Below are positions 35,335 to 49,386 of a stretch of DNA of 64,000 bases, one piece after another. The position numbers and the translations under genes are program-made. Origin of the DNA: an uncultured Candidatus Entotheonella sp. (GTDB lineage: Bacteria > Tectomicrobia > Entotheonellia > Entotheonellales > Entotheonellaceae); assembly GCA_965215335.1 (NCBI GenBank), contig CBDCDA010000002.1, positions 800,001 through 864,000 on the forward strand. Reading direction: 5' to 3'. The notes below the pieces were generated by a model. It saw only the letters and a list, made by a program, of their open reading frames with translations. It had not been told where the DNA came from and made no database searches. Each line of letters opens with the position of its first letter. Positions within the stretch are counted from its first letter, which is position 1.

Positions 35335-35582
35335 GGCTCAGGACTCATAACCAGGAGATGACCATGACAGCAAGGCAGATGGCACTGAAAAAGGTGTGCG
35401 CACACCAGTCATAGCGCGTGGCGATGCGACGCCAGTCCTTGAGACGACCAAATAGACGCTCAATGAGGTTACGACTCTTGTATAGCTCGCGGTCATGGAC
35501 AGTCGGCTCTTTACGATTGACACGGCCCGGAGTATACGACGCAATGCCTCGCTTGGCAAGCGCCTAGCGCAACCGGTTGCTG
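35335..35582 (-). mobile_element. Truncated, diverged 3' end of an IS5-family element
   Basis: TA-GGCTCAGGAC TIR followed by a degenerate orfB C-terminus. Confidence 0.85.
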
Positions 35583-35599
35583 AGGACGTGGGTGACGGC

Positions 35600-36000
35600 A
35601 TTCTCCATTCCCGATCCATGCCACAATAGAAAGGGCCGCAGATGGGCAAGAAATACCGCGGCCAGTCCGGTCAGGGCGCCCCCAGCAGAAAAGTTGCCAC
35701 AATCGTCTGCGCCTCGGCACGGGCGGCGTAACTGACGCCGGTGGTGCGTATATCGCGGCGTAAAGGAAGAACTGCACCGGCGCCGAATAACCCTCGACCC
35801 GGCCGCCGGAGGGGTTGACCCCGATGAACCCGTACTCCACCAGATTCTTGGCGTGGCTCATCGTTGATCACCCCGTCGTCGTGGACCCGATGCAGCCCAT
35901 CCTCAATGCCCGAATATGCCCACCCGAAGATCAGGACGAACAGCAATCCGCCCAGCAACGAGGCCAGGAGTGTCCGCTGCGTCGGACCTGAGTATGACAT
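35600..36000 (-). pseudogene. 5' remnant of GT-C-like membrane protein 'D'
   Basis: TM helix, HDDGVI / MSHAKNLVEYG..NPSGGRVEGYS (compare [28 protein letters not shown] of A); frameshifted and truncated. Confidence 0.65.
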
Positions 36001-36118
36001 GGACGTGCCGGAGAGGATTGGGAGAAAGGTCGTTCGATTGATCATATTGTTCCTTGGTACAGCGGCCGGTCGCCGCGACAGCGCGGAGGCGAACCGGGGC
36101 GAGACGCCAACCACAGTG

Positions 36119-37720
36119 CTACATGCCCCACACGACGACCGTTCGACCGTCCTGGCGCACCTCGCGGCAGAACACCTTCTCCTCCCAACGCCTCCCTGGC
36201 GTGCGGTCGAAGACGATCAGGTGGCCTGTCTCGCTCCCGCAACGGTCCATGTAGCGCAGCGTCTGTTCAAGGCCCTTGCCGATGATTCCATCAAGGCTAT
36301 GGCGTTGCCGTTCGTGCAAGACCTTGCACTCGACGACGAACTTGCTCCACAGGTCCGACGGGCCGCCCTCGCCCCGGGGCCAGAGGATCAGCAGGTCGGT
36401 GCGCCCTCTTCCCAGACCGTACTCCCGCTCGATGCGCCCGCCGCCGTTCACCACCCGCTGCAGGAACGCTTGCAGAATGAGTTGCGGCCCCGCCTCCTGG
36501 TACTCGAACCGTTCCAGCCAGTGCTCGGAATGCTCACGGAAGAACGACTGGAAGGCGGCCAGTAGCCTGTCGAGATTCAGGCTGCCGTCAGCGTTCACGT
36601 ACCAGGCCACTTCCTGGTCCAGGCTGTCCTGGAGCACGTAGCCCAGCTCGCGCGGCACCACCTCGGCATAGATGGGATTGGCGATGCGCGGCGGAGAACT
36701 CTGGGCGACCAGCCCCAGATCGCGGGCGTAGACGAGGTCACGAAGATGGTAGCGGGGCTCGTCGTCGCCGCTCAGCAGAGGCTCAATGACGCGCCGCACG
36801 CGCGCCTCACCGAGCTTGTGGGCGAGTTGGTCGAGGTGGGTGCGCCGGCTGAGAATCAGCCGCTCGCGGGCATCCAGGACGTCGGCGGCAGCGACGGCGC
36901 GCGAGCGGTCGCGGCCGGCCTCGTTATCGAAACAGGCATCGGCGCAGAGCGCGTTCACGAGCCAGGGTTGGCCTTGCGTCTGCGTCCACACCGTCGCCAG
37001 TGCCTCCGGCGTGAACGCCTGCCCGGTCTCGGCGGTGTGCTGTGCCAGCAACGCGCGCGTCTCGGCCTCGGTCAAGTCGCCGAGGCGCAACGACTTGGCC
37101 GCCACGTTGAACGGACTGCCACCGGCGATGATCTCCCCGGAGCTGGAGCGGATGCGGTAGTCCTGGATGTCGCGTACCCCGCACAACACGACGCTCTGCG
37201 GAAAGCCCTCGGGACGCTGCTCGTAACCGGCGCGCAACTGCCGGAGCACCGACAGCAGGGTATCGCCGACGAGGGAGTCGATCTCGTCGACCAGCAGCAC
37301 CAGCGGCCTCGGGTCGGCCATGCACCAGCGGGTCAACGCCGCTCCGAGTGCACGACCCGGGCCGGATTTGCCCAGGATGTCCAGCCAAGTCTCGTCCAGG
37401 AACCCGTCGCCGGAGAACAACGCATTGTCGGCCAGTTCCCCAAGAATGGTGCGCATCGCGCCGCTCAGGTCTTCGCGGTGCGCCTGGGCGGCCTCGACGT
37501 TCACGTACACGCATCGGAAGCCGCCTGCTTCGCCGCGGTTCAGCAGGTCCTTCAGCGCCAGGAGGGCGGAGGTCTTGCCCGTCTGCCGGGGCGCATGCAA
37601 CGCGAAGTACCGCTTGCGCCGGATCATGTCCAGGATCTGGTCGAGGTCGACCCGTTCCAGCGGCGGAACGTGGTAATGGTCCTCGGGGCGGATGGGGCCT
37701 TCGGTGTTAAATCTGCGCAT
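36119..37720 (-). CDS. AAA-family ATPase with C-terminal PD-(D/E)XK nuclease-like domain
   Basis: APRQTGKTS (Walker A), LLVDEID (Walker B), REYGLGRGRTDL..FVVECK. Confidence 0.85.
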   Translation of the reverse strand: MRRFNTEGPIRPEDHYHVPPLERVDLDQILDMIRRKRYFALHAPRQTGKTSALLALKDLLNRGEAGGFRCVYVNVEAAQAHREDLSGAMRTILGELADNALFSGDGFLDETWLDILGKSGPGRALGAALTRWCMADPRPLVLLVDEIDSLVGDTLLSVLRQLRAGYEQRPEGFPQSVVLCGVRDIQDYRIRSSSGEIIAGGSPFNVAAKSLRLGDLTEAETRALLAQHTAETGQAFTPEALATVWTQTQGQPWLVNALCADACFDNEAGRDRSRAVAAADVLDARERLILSRRTHLDQLAHKLGEARVRRVIEPLLSGDDEPRYHLRDLVYARDLGLVAQSSPPRIANPIYAEVVPRELGYVLQDSLDQEVAWYVNADGSLNLDRLLAAFQSFFREHSEHWLERFEYQEAGPQLILQAFLQRVVNGGGRIEREYGLGRGRTDLLILWPRGEGGPSDLWSKFVVECKVLHERQRHSLDGIIGKGLEQTLRYMDRCGSETGHLIVFDRTPGRRWEEKVFCREVRQDGRTVVVWGM

Positions 37721-37890
37721 CGGTCGAATATGCACCTCTATCGTACGCACCCATACAGCTCATCCCTACCCGACAGTGGCATCAACACGAGTAAACCATG
37801 TTCCCGATCTCGTTTGTAAACGATGTTCGGCTTGCACAACTTATCGTTGATGGTTCCGTAGACAGGTCAGACAGACAAACGAAAACCGCT

Positions 37891-40465
<2,575 letters not shown>

Positions 40466-43007
40466 TGGGGAAGATCCTCCACGCTGCGCCGCGTCAGCAT
40501 GACGTGGTCGAGCATGATGTGTCCCCAGCCGCCGGTTTCGTCGTCGAACAGTTCCAACTGTAGACGCTCGCCGGCGACATCGGCCAAGGGATGGACGATC
40601 TGCCTGAACCGCTCGGTATTCCTGCCCCGCCAGACCGCGACTTCGTCACCGTCGGCCAACAGGCGCAGACCGACACCGCCACCCTCTCCGCCGGCGATCA
40701 GGAAGGTGAGATATTGGCCAGGCTCGGCAGTGAACGCCGGCGACAGCGCCCGCCCAGTCACCCGGTCTCCCTTGTCGGGGTGATAGCTCGTCAGGAAGCC
40801 TTGGCCCGTGTTGCCGCTGATCGGCTGCTGGCCTTTGTAATGCTCGTGTTGGGCATGGTTGACGACCGCTTCGCCCACCGGAAGCCAGCCGTCGAATCCG
40901 TCTTCGAAGTAGCCAATAAACTGCTCGCCAACGTAGAGATGACCGCCGAAACGCCATAAACTGCCTTCCCAGATGCGGCCCTCGCCGGGGACGTACTGGC
41001 CGGTTCTGATTGCCGCGATGTCGTAGTCTGGCAGCCTTCGACTCACCAGGCAGATACCTCCCTCAATGCGGCTGTATTTCCTGAAACTGAAGTCGAGGTT
41101 GTCGAAGCCGTACTGCTTGCGATGGTCGGGGAGGTCATCCACGTCAACCGGGTCGAGGTGCAGGAAGAACATTGCCTCAACGTCATCCTGTTCGCACCGC
41201 TCCTTCACATAGACGAGGCTGTTTTCGATGAGGTACACGTCGAACGTGGAGGAGATTGCCGGCTGGCTGTCTTCGATCAGTTCTGCAAGGTCCTCTGAAA
41301 AATAGTCGTGCACCCGCAAGCCTCGTCCGACAAAACGGTCGAAAACCCACTGTCGGTCGGGGGAGTCAAAGGACATCCATAGAGACGGACCGACCTTCAC
41401 GGCGTATAGGGCGCGCTCCAACGCCTGGGATTTGCTGGATGCCGGCGGGTATATGATGAAATTGACGCCTCGTTCTTCAAGGTATCCCGGTGGTGGCTGA
41501 CGGTCGTGGGCGATGACGCGCCGGTGGTTGGGTTTCGCGACAGGATTGCGCGCCACCGTCGCGTCGGTCAAGCCGAATATGTCGATGACTTTCAGGTCGG
41601 GAAGGTAGTAGAACCGGATGCCGAGCGCACCGCCGGCCATCAGGGCGTCATCAGGGATTATCCCTCGCTCCATAGTCTCGTACGGCTTCCAATTTCGTAG
41701 TTGCATGTTTGCGAACTCACGGTGTTCCGTAAAACGCGAAGCGACAGCTTGAACGGAAGCCAGGCGGCGCAGATCGTTGGAGATGGCGACGAGCATCCGC
41801 ATGCCCGGCGCGTCGAGGAGCCACCCCGCATTGTCGTCATCGAGCTCTATGTGCAACTTGTAAGTCAGTTTCCTTGTTTGTATTTGCGCGCCCTCGAAGC
41901 AGAGGGCGATCTGAATCGCATTGGCGTAGAACAAGACCGGCACAAAGAGGACGATCGCACACGTCTGTGCGCCCATCGAAAGACGCAAGGCGGGTAGTCG
42001 CAGCCACCGGCAGGAAGCAATCCGCGAGCCGAGATGGACGATTCCCATGGAGGCCGGGAGAGCCAGTAGCGGCCAATAGAAATCCAGCGGGCGATACTCG
42101 AAATGGTCCCCGCCGATCCGCATCACATAGGCCATGTGCGCGACGACCAGAAGCAGAATGAGCGTGAAGGACCCATCTCGATGTTTGCGCCAACGCTGCC
42201 GCAGCGCGACCCACGCCAACGGAATCAGAAGGTACAACCCCGTCTCCAGCGCCGCCGCCCACAGATAGCGAAATCCGGATTCGTACCAGGGCCGCACATG
42301 CTTGGCGTAATACGTGTTGGGCAGCCACTCGCCGTAGTAGGCGTAGCGGAAGAGGTAGTGTGCAGCTACCAGGACGACAAAAGGTGCTGCCAGATACATC
42401 AATCGTCTCGCCAGTCCGGTTGCGGGGCATCCAGTGTCTGCCATCCGCTGGATGACGAACCAGCCGAAACACAAGGCCGCTATCAGCGAGCCCTCGGGCC
42501 GGGTGTAGGCGGCTGCAGCCAAGCTCACCGACGCCGCCACCAATCCCCAGCGGTTGCTCCGGTAGAGACTCAGGCAGACAACGGCCAGAACGACGAAAAA
42601 GGTGAATTGCCGTGTTTCCAGCCCGCCTCCTGAAGTCCACACCGCGAAGGTCGCACTGGAGCACACGAGGCCGAAGGCCATCCATGCGACCAGAGTCCGC
42701 TGATGCAGCACTGGAAGGCGTATGATCCACCACGTCATCACGGCGATGGTGCCGGCGGTGAAAGCGACCGACAGCCACGGCGCCGCATACTCGGGAGCGA
42801 TCCCCAGCCCTTTCCATATCGCCGCCAGTTCCAGCACCCACAAGAAGTTGGAATAACCCTCGACGTATTCGCCGGGGTTGAATACCAAGCCGTGGCCCTC
42901 CAGCAGATTGCGAGCGTAGCGGAAGCTGATGAAGGCGTCGTCGCACAGGAACCAGGCGACTGCGGCGAGCCAGCCCAGCAGTGCCAACCACGGCATATGC
43001 AGCAGGA

Positions 43008-45884
43008 TTACTCCGGTTTTTCGGAGGGCCTTCTTTTCCATTGGGGAAGATCCTCCACGCTGCGCCGCGTCAGCATGACGTGGTCGAGCATGATGTGTCC
43101 CCAGCCGCCGGTTTCGTCGTCGAACAGTTCCAACTGTAGACGCTCGCCGGCGACATCGGCCAAGGGATGGACGATCTGCCTGAACCGCTCGGTATTCCTG
43201 CCCCGCCAGACCGCGACTTCGTCACCGTCGGCCAACAGGCGCAGACCGACACCGCCACCCTCTCCGCCGGCGATCAGGAAGGTAAGATATTGGCCAGGCT
43301 CGGCAGTGAACGCCGGCGACAGCGCCCGCCCAGTCACCCGGTCTCCCTTGTCGGGGTGATAGCTCGTCAGGAAGCCTTGGCCCGTGTTGCCGCTGATCGG
43401 CTGCTGGCCTTTGTAATGCTCGTGTTGGGCATGATTGACGACCGCTTCGCCCACCGGAAGCCAGCCGTCGAATCCGTCTTCGAAGTAGCCAATAAACTGC
43501 TCGCCAACGTAGAGATGACCGCCGAAACGCCATTGACCGTCCAAGAGCATTTTTCCAGGTGCCCTCATGAAACTGCCTTCCCAGATGCGGCCCTCGCCGG
43601 GGACGTACTGGCCGGTCCTGATTTCGGCGATGTCGTATTGCGGGAGAGGGACCTTCGCCAAGCATATCCCACCGAGTTTCGCGCCGTACCGACCAAAGCT
43701 AAAGTCCAGGTTGTCAAAGCCGTGTTGTTTGCGATGGCCGGGGAGGTCGTTCACGTCAACCGGAGCCGGGTGGAGGAAGAACTTGGCGGCAGTATCTACC
43801 TCTACGCATTGCTCCTTGACGTATATGAGGCGGTTCTCGGTGAGATACACGTCGAACTCGGACTGGATGATCGGCTGATGGTCGCCGACCAGCTTTGCTA
43901 GGTAATCGCTCGCCGTCATTGCCTCGACCCGGACCGGGGGAAGGGCATCGTGGGGCAGCACGAGGGCGTCCACGCATAACCCCGGCATGCAATCTTTGGC
44001 TTTGGTTGCCATTTCTTCCCTTTGCCCGACCCAGGACCACACGATCAGTTCGTCCGGCGCGCCGTTCCTGACGAAGACCTGCGCCAACCGGCCGTCGACG
44101 AGGACGCCGATGTCGTCCGAACTGTAGGCGAAGTGTGGCTCCATTCGCTCCCAGAACCAAGCGGCAGAGTCAGCACTTCCAACGGCTTGGAAGGAGACAA
44201 GCTTGAACCTGATTTCGTTGCTACCATCGGGGTATGAAGCGCCCGCAAAAAGCGTATTATCGAAGTCAACTTCAGCCCTCATAGCATTGGCCAAGTGTGT
44301 TATCCGAAATTCTCTTCTGTAGAACGGCCTGAGTGCAAACTTACGGCGGATGTATCTGTCTGGATCTCCCGTTGTCACACGATGATAATCGTAGGAATTG
44401 GCCAAGCCGTCAAGGTTCACCACCGGAAAGCGCGAGAAGTACCCGATAACGCCGGCGTCCCACGACCCAATCACGCTGTCTTCGGGAAGCAAATGATCCA
44501 TAACCTGCACGCCCATGTAAGAAGTAGTCTCCCATTCGCGCCAGGACGACTCGCTCGCCCCGTCAACGTACCGGAAGGGGTAGGTGAAATCCGCCTTTTC
44601 CAGAAGGAAAGCCGCGCCGAAAATGACAATGCCCGCGCTTACGATGTTTGCCGCTTTGGGCAACCTCGCTCCAATGAAACGGTGGATGAGATGGATAGCG
44701 ACAAAGCACCTTAATGGAACGATCAGCGCCATCATCAGGTACGCCGGGACGAAATACCAGTCATACCTTCCCCAAGCAGGATGTATGGTGAGAACGGTCT
44801 GTGCGAACTTGGCCAGATGACCGGCCGCCAGGCCGAACACGCCCACAAGGAAGGCCAGCAGCAGCCAATCTCCCTGGCTCTTGGAGCGTCGGACGGACCA
44901 CCAGACCAGCAGCAGATAGGCGCAGACCTCCAGCGCAACCAGCCACTCGTAGTCGAAGACGTAAATCTGCAATACGTCCCGAAAGTTCCGGGCGAAGCTG
45001 TACCCGCCTTCCTGCCCAAACCTTATCTGTGACCAGACCTGCTTGGTCGCGCCGCTGACCGGCACGAGGCCGCCGAAGACGAGCTTGTTGTAGGCGAAGT
45101 ATGCCAGGATGCCCGCCGCTGCGGCGAGAGATGGAACGACTGCCTTGAGGGCGAATATGGAACGAGAACGATGCAGCCGGGGACGGCCTTGCCATGACCA
45201 CTCAATGAGGCACAATGCCGCTGTCGCTGCCAGCGATATGGCGACGTACTCCAGGCGCACCCAGGGCAGGGCAAAGGCGATGGTGACCAGCAGCCAGCGA
45301 TACCGCGCCGGATTGCGCGCGTAGAGGCATAACGCCAGTATCAGCAAGCCGAGCATGAACAGCGCAGCAGCCGCTTCCAACCCTTTGAATAAAGCGTGCA
45401 TTTGGTAGGATGCCGGCAGAGCGAACAGCAACAGAATCCAGGGCAGCCGCGCCAGACGGGCGGCAACGGCGACGAGGGCGACGCCGCCAGCGGTGAGCAT
45501 GATCTCGAACGCCTTGATGCCGAACAGCGCGGTCTCCTTATCGAATACCCAGTAGAATGGCGTGATCAGAAACAGCCAGATCGGGTGATATCCGTTGGTC
45601 CGGGTAATGCCGCCGTCAAAAGTCGAGAATTTTCCCTTGGCCAGGTTGCTGGCGATCTGGAAGTAGTAGAAGGAATCATCGCCGTTTACGTCGCGGATAA
45701 GATTGATGAGATTGAAGCTGGCGAGCATGTGCCAGGCGAACGCGCCTCCATACGTCAGGATACCGCCGAGAAACAGGGCGAACAGCGTGTTATGCAGCCG
45801 AGTGGATATCACCCCTCCCCCGCCACCGGTCATATCCAGCCAACGGGCGGCCAGGGCGCGCCAGCGGTTAGTCGTCATGGTCAT
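43008..45884 (-). CDS. GT-C-like membrane glycosyltransferase B2 + divergent domain X + domain Y
   Basis: RBS AGGAGG then MTMTTNRW; GDDSFYYFQIA..TFDG..TNGYHP, GLE, PVSG, WDAGVIGYFS..VVNLDGLAN; 958 aa. Confidence 0.78.
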   Translation of the reverse strand: MTMTTNRWRALAARWLDMTGGGGGVISTRLHNTLFALFLGGILTYGGAFAWHMLASFNLINLIRDVNGDDSFYYFQIASNLAKGKFSTFDGGITRTNGYHPIWLFLITPFYWVFDKETALFGIKAFEIMLTAGGVALVAVAARLARLPWILLLFALPASYQMHALFKGLEAAAALFMLGLLILALCLYARNPARYRWLLVTIAFALPWVRLEYVAISLAATAALCLIEWSWQGRPRLHRSRSIFALKAVVPSLAAAAGILAYFAYNKLVFGGLVPVSGATKQVWSQIRFGQEGGYSFARNFRDVLQIYVFDYEWLVALEVCAYLLLVWWSVRRSKSQGDWLLLAFLVGVFGLAAGHLAKFAQTVLTIHPAWGRYDWYFVPAYLMMALIVPLRCFVAIHLIHRFIGARLPKAANIVSAGIVIFGAAFLLEKADFTYPFRYVDGASESSWREWETTSYMGVQVMDHLLPEDSVIGSWDAGVIGYFSRFPVVNLDGLANSYDYHRVTTGDPDRYIRRKFALRPFYRREFRITHLANAMRAEVDFDNTLFAGASYPDGSNEIRFKLVSFQAVGSADSAAWFWERMEPHFAYSSDDIGVLVDGRLAQVFVRNGAPDELIVWSWVGQREEMATKAKDCMPGLCVDALVLPHDALPPVRVEAMTASDYLAKLVGDHQPIIQSEFDVYLTENRLIYVKEQCVEVDTAAKFFLHPAPVDVNDLPGHRKQHGFDNLDFSFGRYGAKLGGICLAKVPLPQYDIAEIRTGQYVPGEGRIWEGSFMRAPGKMLLDGQWRFGGHLYVGEQFIGYFEDGFDGWLPVGEAVVNHAQHEHYKGQQPISGNTGQGFLTSYHPDKGDRVTGRALSPAFTAEPGQYLTFLIAGGEGGGVGLRLLADGDEVAVWRGRNTERFRQIVHPLADVAGERLQLELFDDETGGWGHIMLDHVMLTRRSVEDLPQWKRRPSEKPE

Positions 45885-45898
45885 ATGATTCCTCCTGA

Positions 45899-46816
45899 TC
45901 ACAATCCAATCCGCCGCGCCAGCGCGGACTCGAACCTGGGCATATCCCCGGACGCTTCGGCACGGATCGCCTCGAAGATGCCCAGGCGGGGATAGCCCTC
46001 GCGCATCCGCTCCGGCCGGCAGCAGGCGTCCTTGGCGAGATAGACGCGCCCGCCGTGCCGGTGGGTGATCTCGTCGAGATCGTCGAGCAGCGCCAGCGTG
46101 CCGCCCCGCAGCGGGAAGTTGAGCGCCAGCGTGTAGCCTTCCATGGGAAACGACATCAGCCCCTCCCCGACAGGGCCGAACAGCTTGAGGACCGCCAGGA
46201 ACGATCCCTGCCCGGACGCGGCAATACGTTCCAGCAGGGCTGCCATGCCGGCCGGGCTCTCGGCCTTGGGCAGCACCGCACTGGTACTGGACGAACCCCT
46301 TGCGACCATAGAGACGGTTCCACGCGTCGATGCGGTCGAGGGGGAAGAAGAACGACCCGAAATGGACCGGACGAGGCCCGCCACGCACCCGCCCGAGATG
46401 GTAGTAAAGTGCGTTACCGCGAAGGTCGCACTGGAGCACACGAGGCCGAAGGCCATCCATGCGACCAGAGTCCGCTGATGCAGCACTGGAAGGCGTATGA
46501 TCCACCACGTCATCACGGCGATGGTGCCGGCGGTGAAAGCGACCGACAGCCACGGCGCCGCATACTCGGGAGCGATCCCCAGCCCTTTCCATATCGCCGC
46601 CAGTTCCAGCACCCACAAGAAGTTGGAATAACCCTCGACGTATTCGCCGGGGTTGAATACCAGGCCGTGGCCCTCCAGCAGATTGCGAGCGTAGCGGAAG
46701 CTGATGAAGGCGTCGTCGCACAGGAACCAAGCGACTGCGGCGAGCCAGCCCAGCAGTGCCAACCACGGCATATGCAGCAGGATTACTCCGGTTTTTCGGA
46801 GGGCCTTCTTTTCCAT
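45899..46816 (-). pseudogene. Chimeric junction ORF: first about 134 aa of A fused to the DprE1 3' end
   Basis: 46416-46816 matches the A 5' end; 45899-46415 matches 52670-53186. Confidence 0.85.
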
Positions 46817-49386
46817 TGGGGAAGATCCTCCACGCTGCGCCGCGTCAGCATGACGTGGTCGAGCATGATGTGTCCCCAGCCGCCGGTTTCGTCGTCGAAC
46901 AGTTCCAACTGTAGACGCTCGCCGGCGACATCGGCCAAGGGATGGACGATCTGCCTGAACCGCTCGGTATTCCTGCCCCGCCAGACCGCGACTTCGTCAC
47001 CGTCGGCCAACAGGCGCAGACCGACACCGCCACCCTCTCCGCCGGCGATCAGGAAGGTGAGATATTGGCCAGGCTCGGCAGTGAACGCCGGCGACAGCGC
47101 CCGCCCAGTCACCCGGTCTCCCTTGTCGGGGTGATAGCTCGTCAGGAAGCCTTGGCCCGTGTTGCCGCTGATCGGCTGCTGGCCTTTGTAATGCTCGTGT
47201 TGGGCATGATTGACGACCGCTTCGCCCACCGGAAGCCAGCCGTCGAATCCGTCTTCGAAGTAGCCAATAAACTGCTCGCCAACGTAGAGATGACCGCCGA
47301 AACGCCATAAACTGCCTTCCCAGATGCGGCCCTCGCCGGGGACGTACTGGCCGGTTCTGATTGCCGCGATGTCGTAGTCTGGCAGCCTTCGACTCACCAG
47401 GCAGATACCTCCCTCAATGCGGCTGTATTTCCTGAAACTGAAGTCGAGGTTGTCGAAGCCGTACTGCTTGCGATGGTCGGGGAGGTCATCCACGTCAACC
47501 GGGTCGAGGTGCAGGAAGAACATTGCCTCAACGTCATCCTGTTCGCACCGCTCCTTCACATAGACGAGGCTGTTTTCGATGAGGTGCACGTCGAAATCGG
47601 AGCGGATTACCGGCTGGCTGTCTTCGATCAGTTCTGCAAGGTCCTCTGAAAAATAGTCGTGCACCCGCAAGCCTCGTCCGACAAAACGGTCGAAAACCCA
47701 CTGTCGGTCGGGGGAGTCAAAGGACATCCATAGAGACGGACCGACCTTCACGGCGTATAGGGCGCGCTCCAACGCCTGGGATTTGCTGGATGCCGGCGGG
47801 TATATGATGAAATTGACGCCTCGTTCTTCAAGGTATCCCGGTGGTGGCTGACGGTCGTGGGCGATGACGCGCCGGTGGTTGGGTTTCGCGACAGGATTGC
47901 GCGCCACCGTCGCGTCGGTCAAGCCGAATATGTCGATGACTTTCAGGTCGGGAAGGTAGTAGAACCGGATGCCGAGCGCACCGCCGGCCATCAGGGCGTC
48001 ATCAGGGATTATCCCTCGCTCCATAGTCTCGTACGGCTTCCAGTTTCGTAATTGGCTGTTTGCGTTCTCACGGTGTTCCGTAAAAGGCGAAGCGACAGAT
48101 TGAACGGAAGCCAGGCGGCGCAGATCGTTGGAGATGGCGACGAGCATCCGCATGCCCGGCGCGGCGAGGAGCCACCCCGCATTGTCGTCATCGAGCTCTA
48201 TGTGCAGCTTCAAAATCCGTTCCCGTATTGCGGCGCCCTTGAAGAAGAGGGCGCTCTGAATCGCATTGGCGTAGAACAAGACCGGCACAAAGAGGACGAT
48301 CGCACACGTCTGTGCGCCCATCGAAAGACGCAAGGCGGGTAGTCGCAGCCACCGGCAGGAAGCAATCCGCGAGCCGAGATGGACGATTCCCATGGAGGCC
48401 GGGAGAGCCAGTAGCGGCCAATAGAAATCCAGCGGGCGATACTCGAAATGGTCCCCGCCGATCCGCATCACATAGGCCATGTGCGCGACGACCAGAAGCA
48501 GAATGAGCGTGAAGGACCCATCTTGATGTTTGCGCCAACGCTGTCGCAGCGCGACCCAGGCCAACGGAATCAGAAGGTACAACCCCGTCTCCAGCGCCGC
48601 CGCCCACAGATAGCGAAATCCGGATTCGTACCAGGGCCGCACATGCTTGGCGTAATACGTGTTGGGCAGCCACTCGCCGTAGTAGGCGTAGCGGAAGAGG
48701 TAGTGTGCAGCTACCAGGACGACAAAAGGTGCTGCCAGATACATCAATCGTCTCGCCAGTCCGGTTGCGGGGCATCCAGTGTCTGCCATCCGCTGGATGA
48801 CGAACCAGCCGAAACACAAGGCCGCTATCAGCGAGCCCTCGGGCCGGGTGTAGGCGGCTGCAGCCAAGCTCACCGACGCCGCCACCAATCCCCAGCGGTT
48901 GCTCCGGTAGAGACTCAGGCAGACAACGGCCAGAACGACGAAAAAGGTGAATTGCCGTGTTTCCAGCCCGCCTCCTGAAGTCCACACCGCGAAGGTCGCA
49001 CTGGAGCACACGAGGCCGAAGGCCATCCATGCGACCAGAGTCCGCTGATGCAGCACTGGAAGGCGTATGATCCACCACGTCATCACGGCGATGGTGCCGG
49101 CGGTGAAAGCGACCGACAGCCACGGCGCCGCATACTCGGGAGCGATCCCCAGCCCTTTCCATATCGCCGCCAGTTCCAGCACCCACAAGAAGTTGGAATA
49201 ACCCTCGACGTATTCGCCGGGGTTGAATACCAGGCCGTGGCCCTCCAGCAGATTGCGAGCGTAGCGGAAGCTGATGAAGGCGTCGTCGCACAGGAACCAG
49301 GCGACTGCGGCGAGCCAGCCCAGCAGTGCCAACCACGGCATATGCAGCAGGATTACTCCGGTTTTTCGGAGGGCCTTCTTTTCCAT
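46783..49386 (-). CDS. GT-C-like membrane glycosyltransferase A3 + domain X + domain Y
   Basis: Near-identical core to A1/A2; 867 aa. Confidence 0.8.
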   Translation of the reverse strand: MEKKALRKTGVILLHMPWLALLGWLAAVAWFLCDDAFISFRYARNLLEGHGLVFNPGEYVEGYSNFLWVLELAAIWKGLGIAPEYAAPWLSVAFTAGTIAVMTWWIIRLPVLHQRTLVAWMAFGLVCSSATFAVWTSGGGLETRQFTFFVVLAVVCLSLYRSNRWGLVAASVSLAAAAYTRPEGSLIAALCFGWFVIQRMADTGCPATGLARRLMYLAAPFVVLVAAHYLFRYAYYGEWLPNTYYAKHVRPWYESGFRYLWAAALETGLYLLIPLAWVALRQRWRKHQDGSFTLILLLVVAHMAYVMRIGGDHFEYRPLDFYWPLLALPASMGIVHLGSRIASCRWLRLPALRLSMGAQTCAIVLFVPVLFYANAIQSALFFKGAAIRERILKLHIELDDDNAGWLLAAPGMRMLVAISNDLRRLASVQSVASPFTEHRENANSQLRNWKPYETMERGIIPDDALMAGGALGIRFYYLPDLKVIDIFGLTDATVARNPVAKPNHRRVIAHDRQPPPGYLEERGVNFIIYPPASSKSQALERALYAVKVGPSLWMSFDSPDRQWVFDRFVGRGLRVHDYFSEDLAELIEDSQPVIRSDFDVHLIENSLVYVKERCEQDDVEAMFFLHLDPVDVDDLPDHRKQYGFDNLDFSFRKYSRIEGGICLVSRRLPDYDIAAIRTGQYVPGEGRIWEGSLWRFGGHLYVGEQFIGYFEDGFDGWLPVGEAVVNHAQHEHYKGQQPISGNTGQGFLTSYHPDKGDRVTGRALSPAFTAEPGQYLTFLIAGGEGGGVGLRLLADGDEVAVWRGRNTERFRQIVHPLADVAGERLQLELFDDETGGWGHIMLDHVMLTRRSVEDLPQWKRRPSEKPE

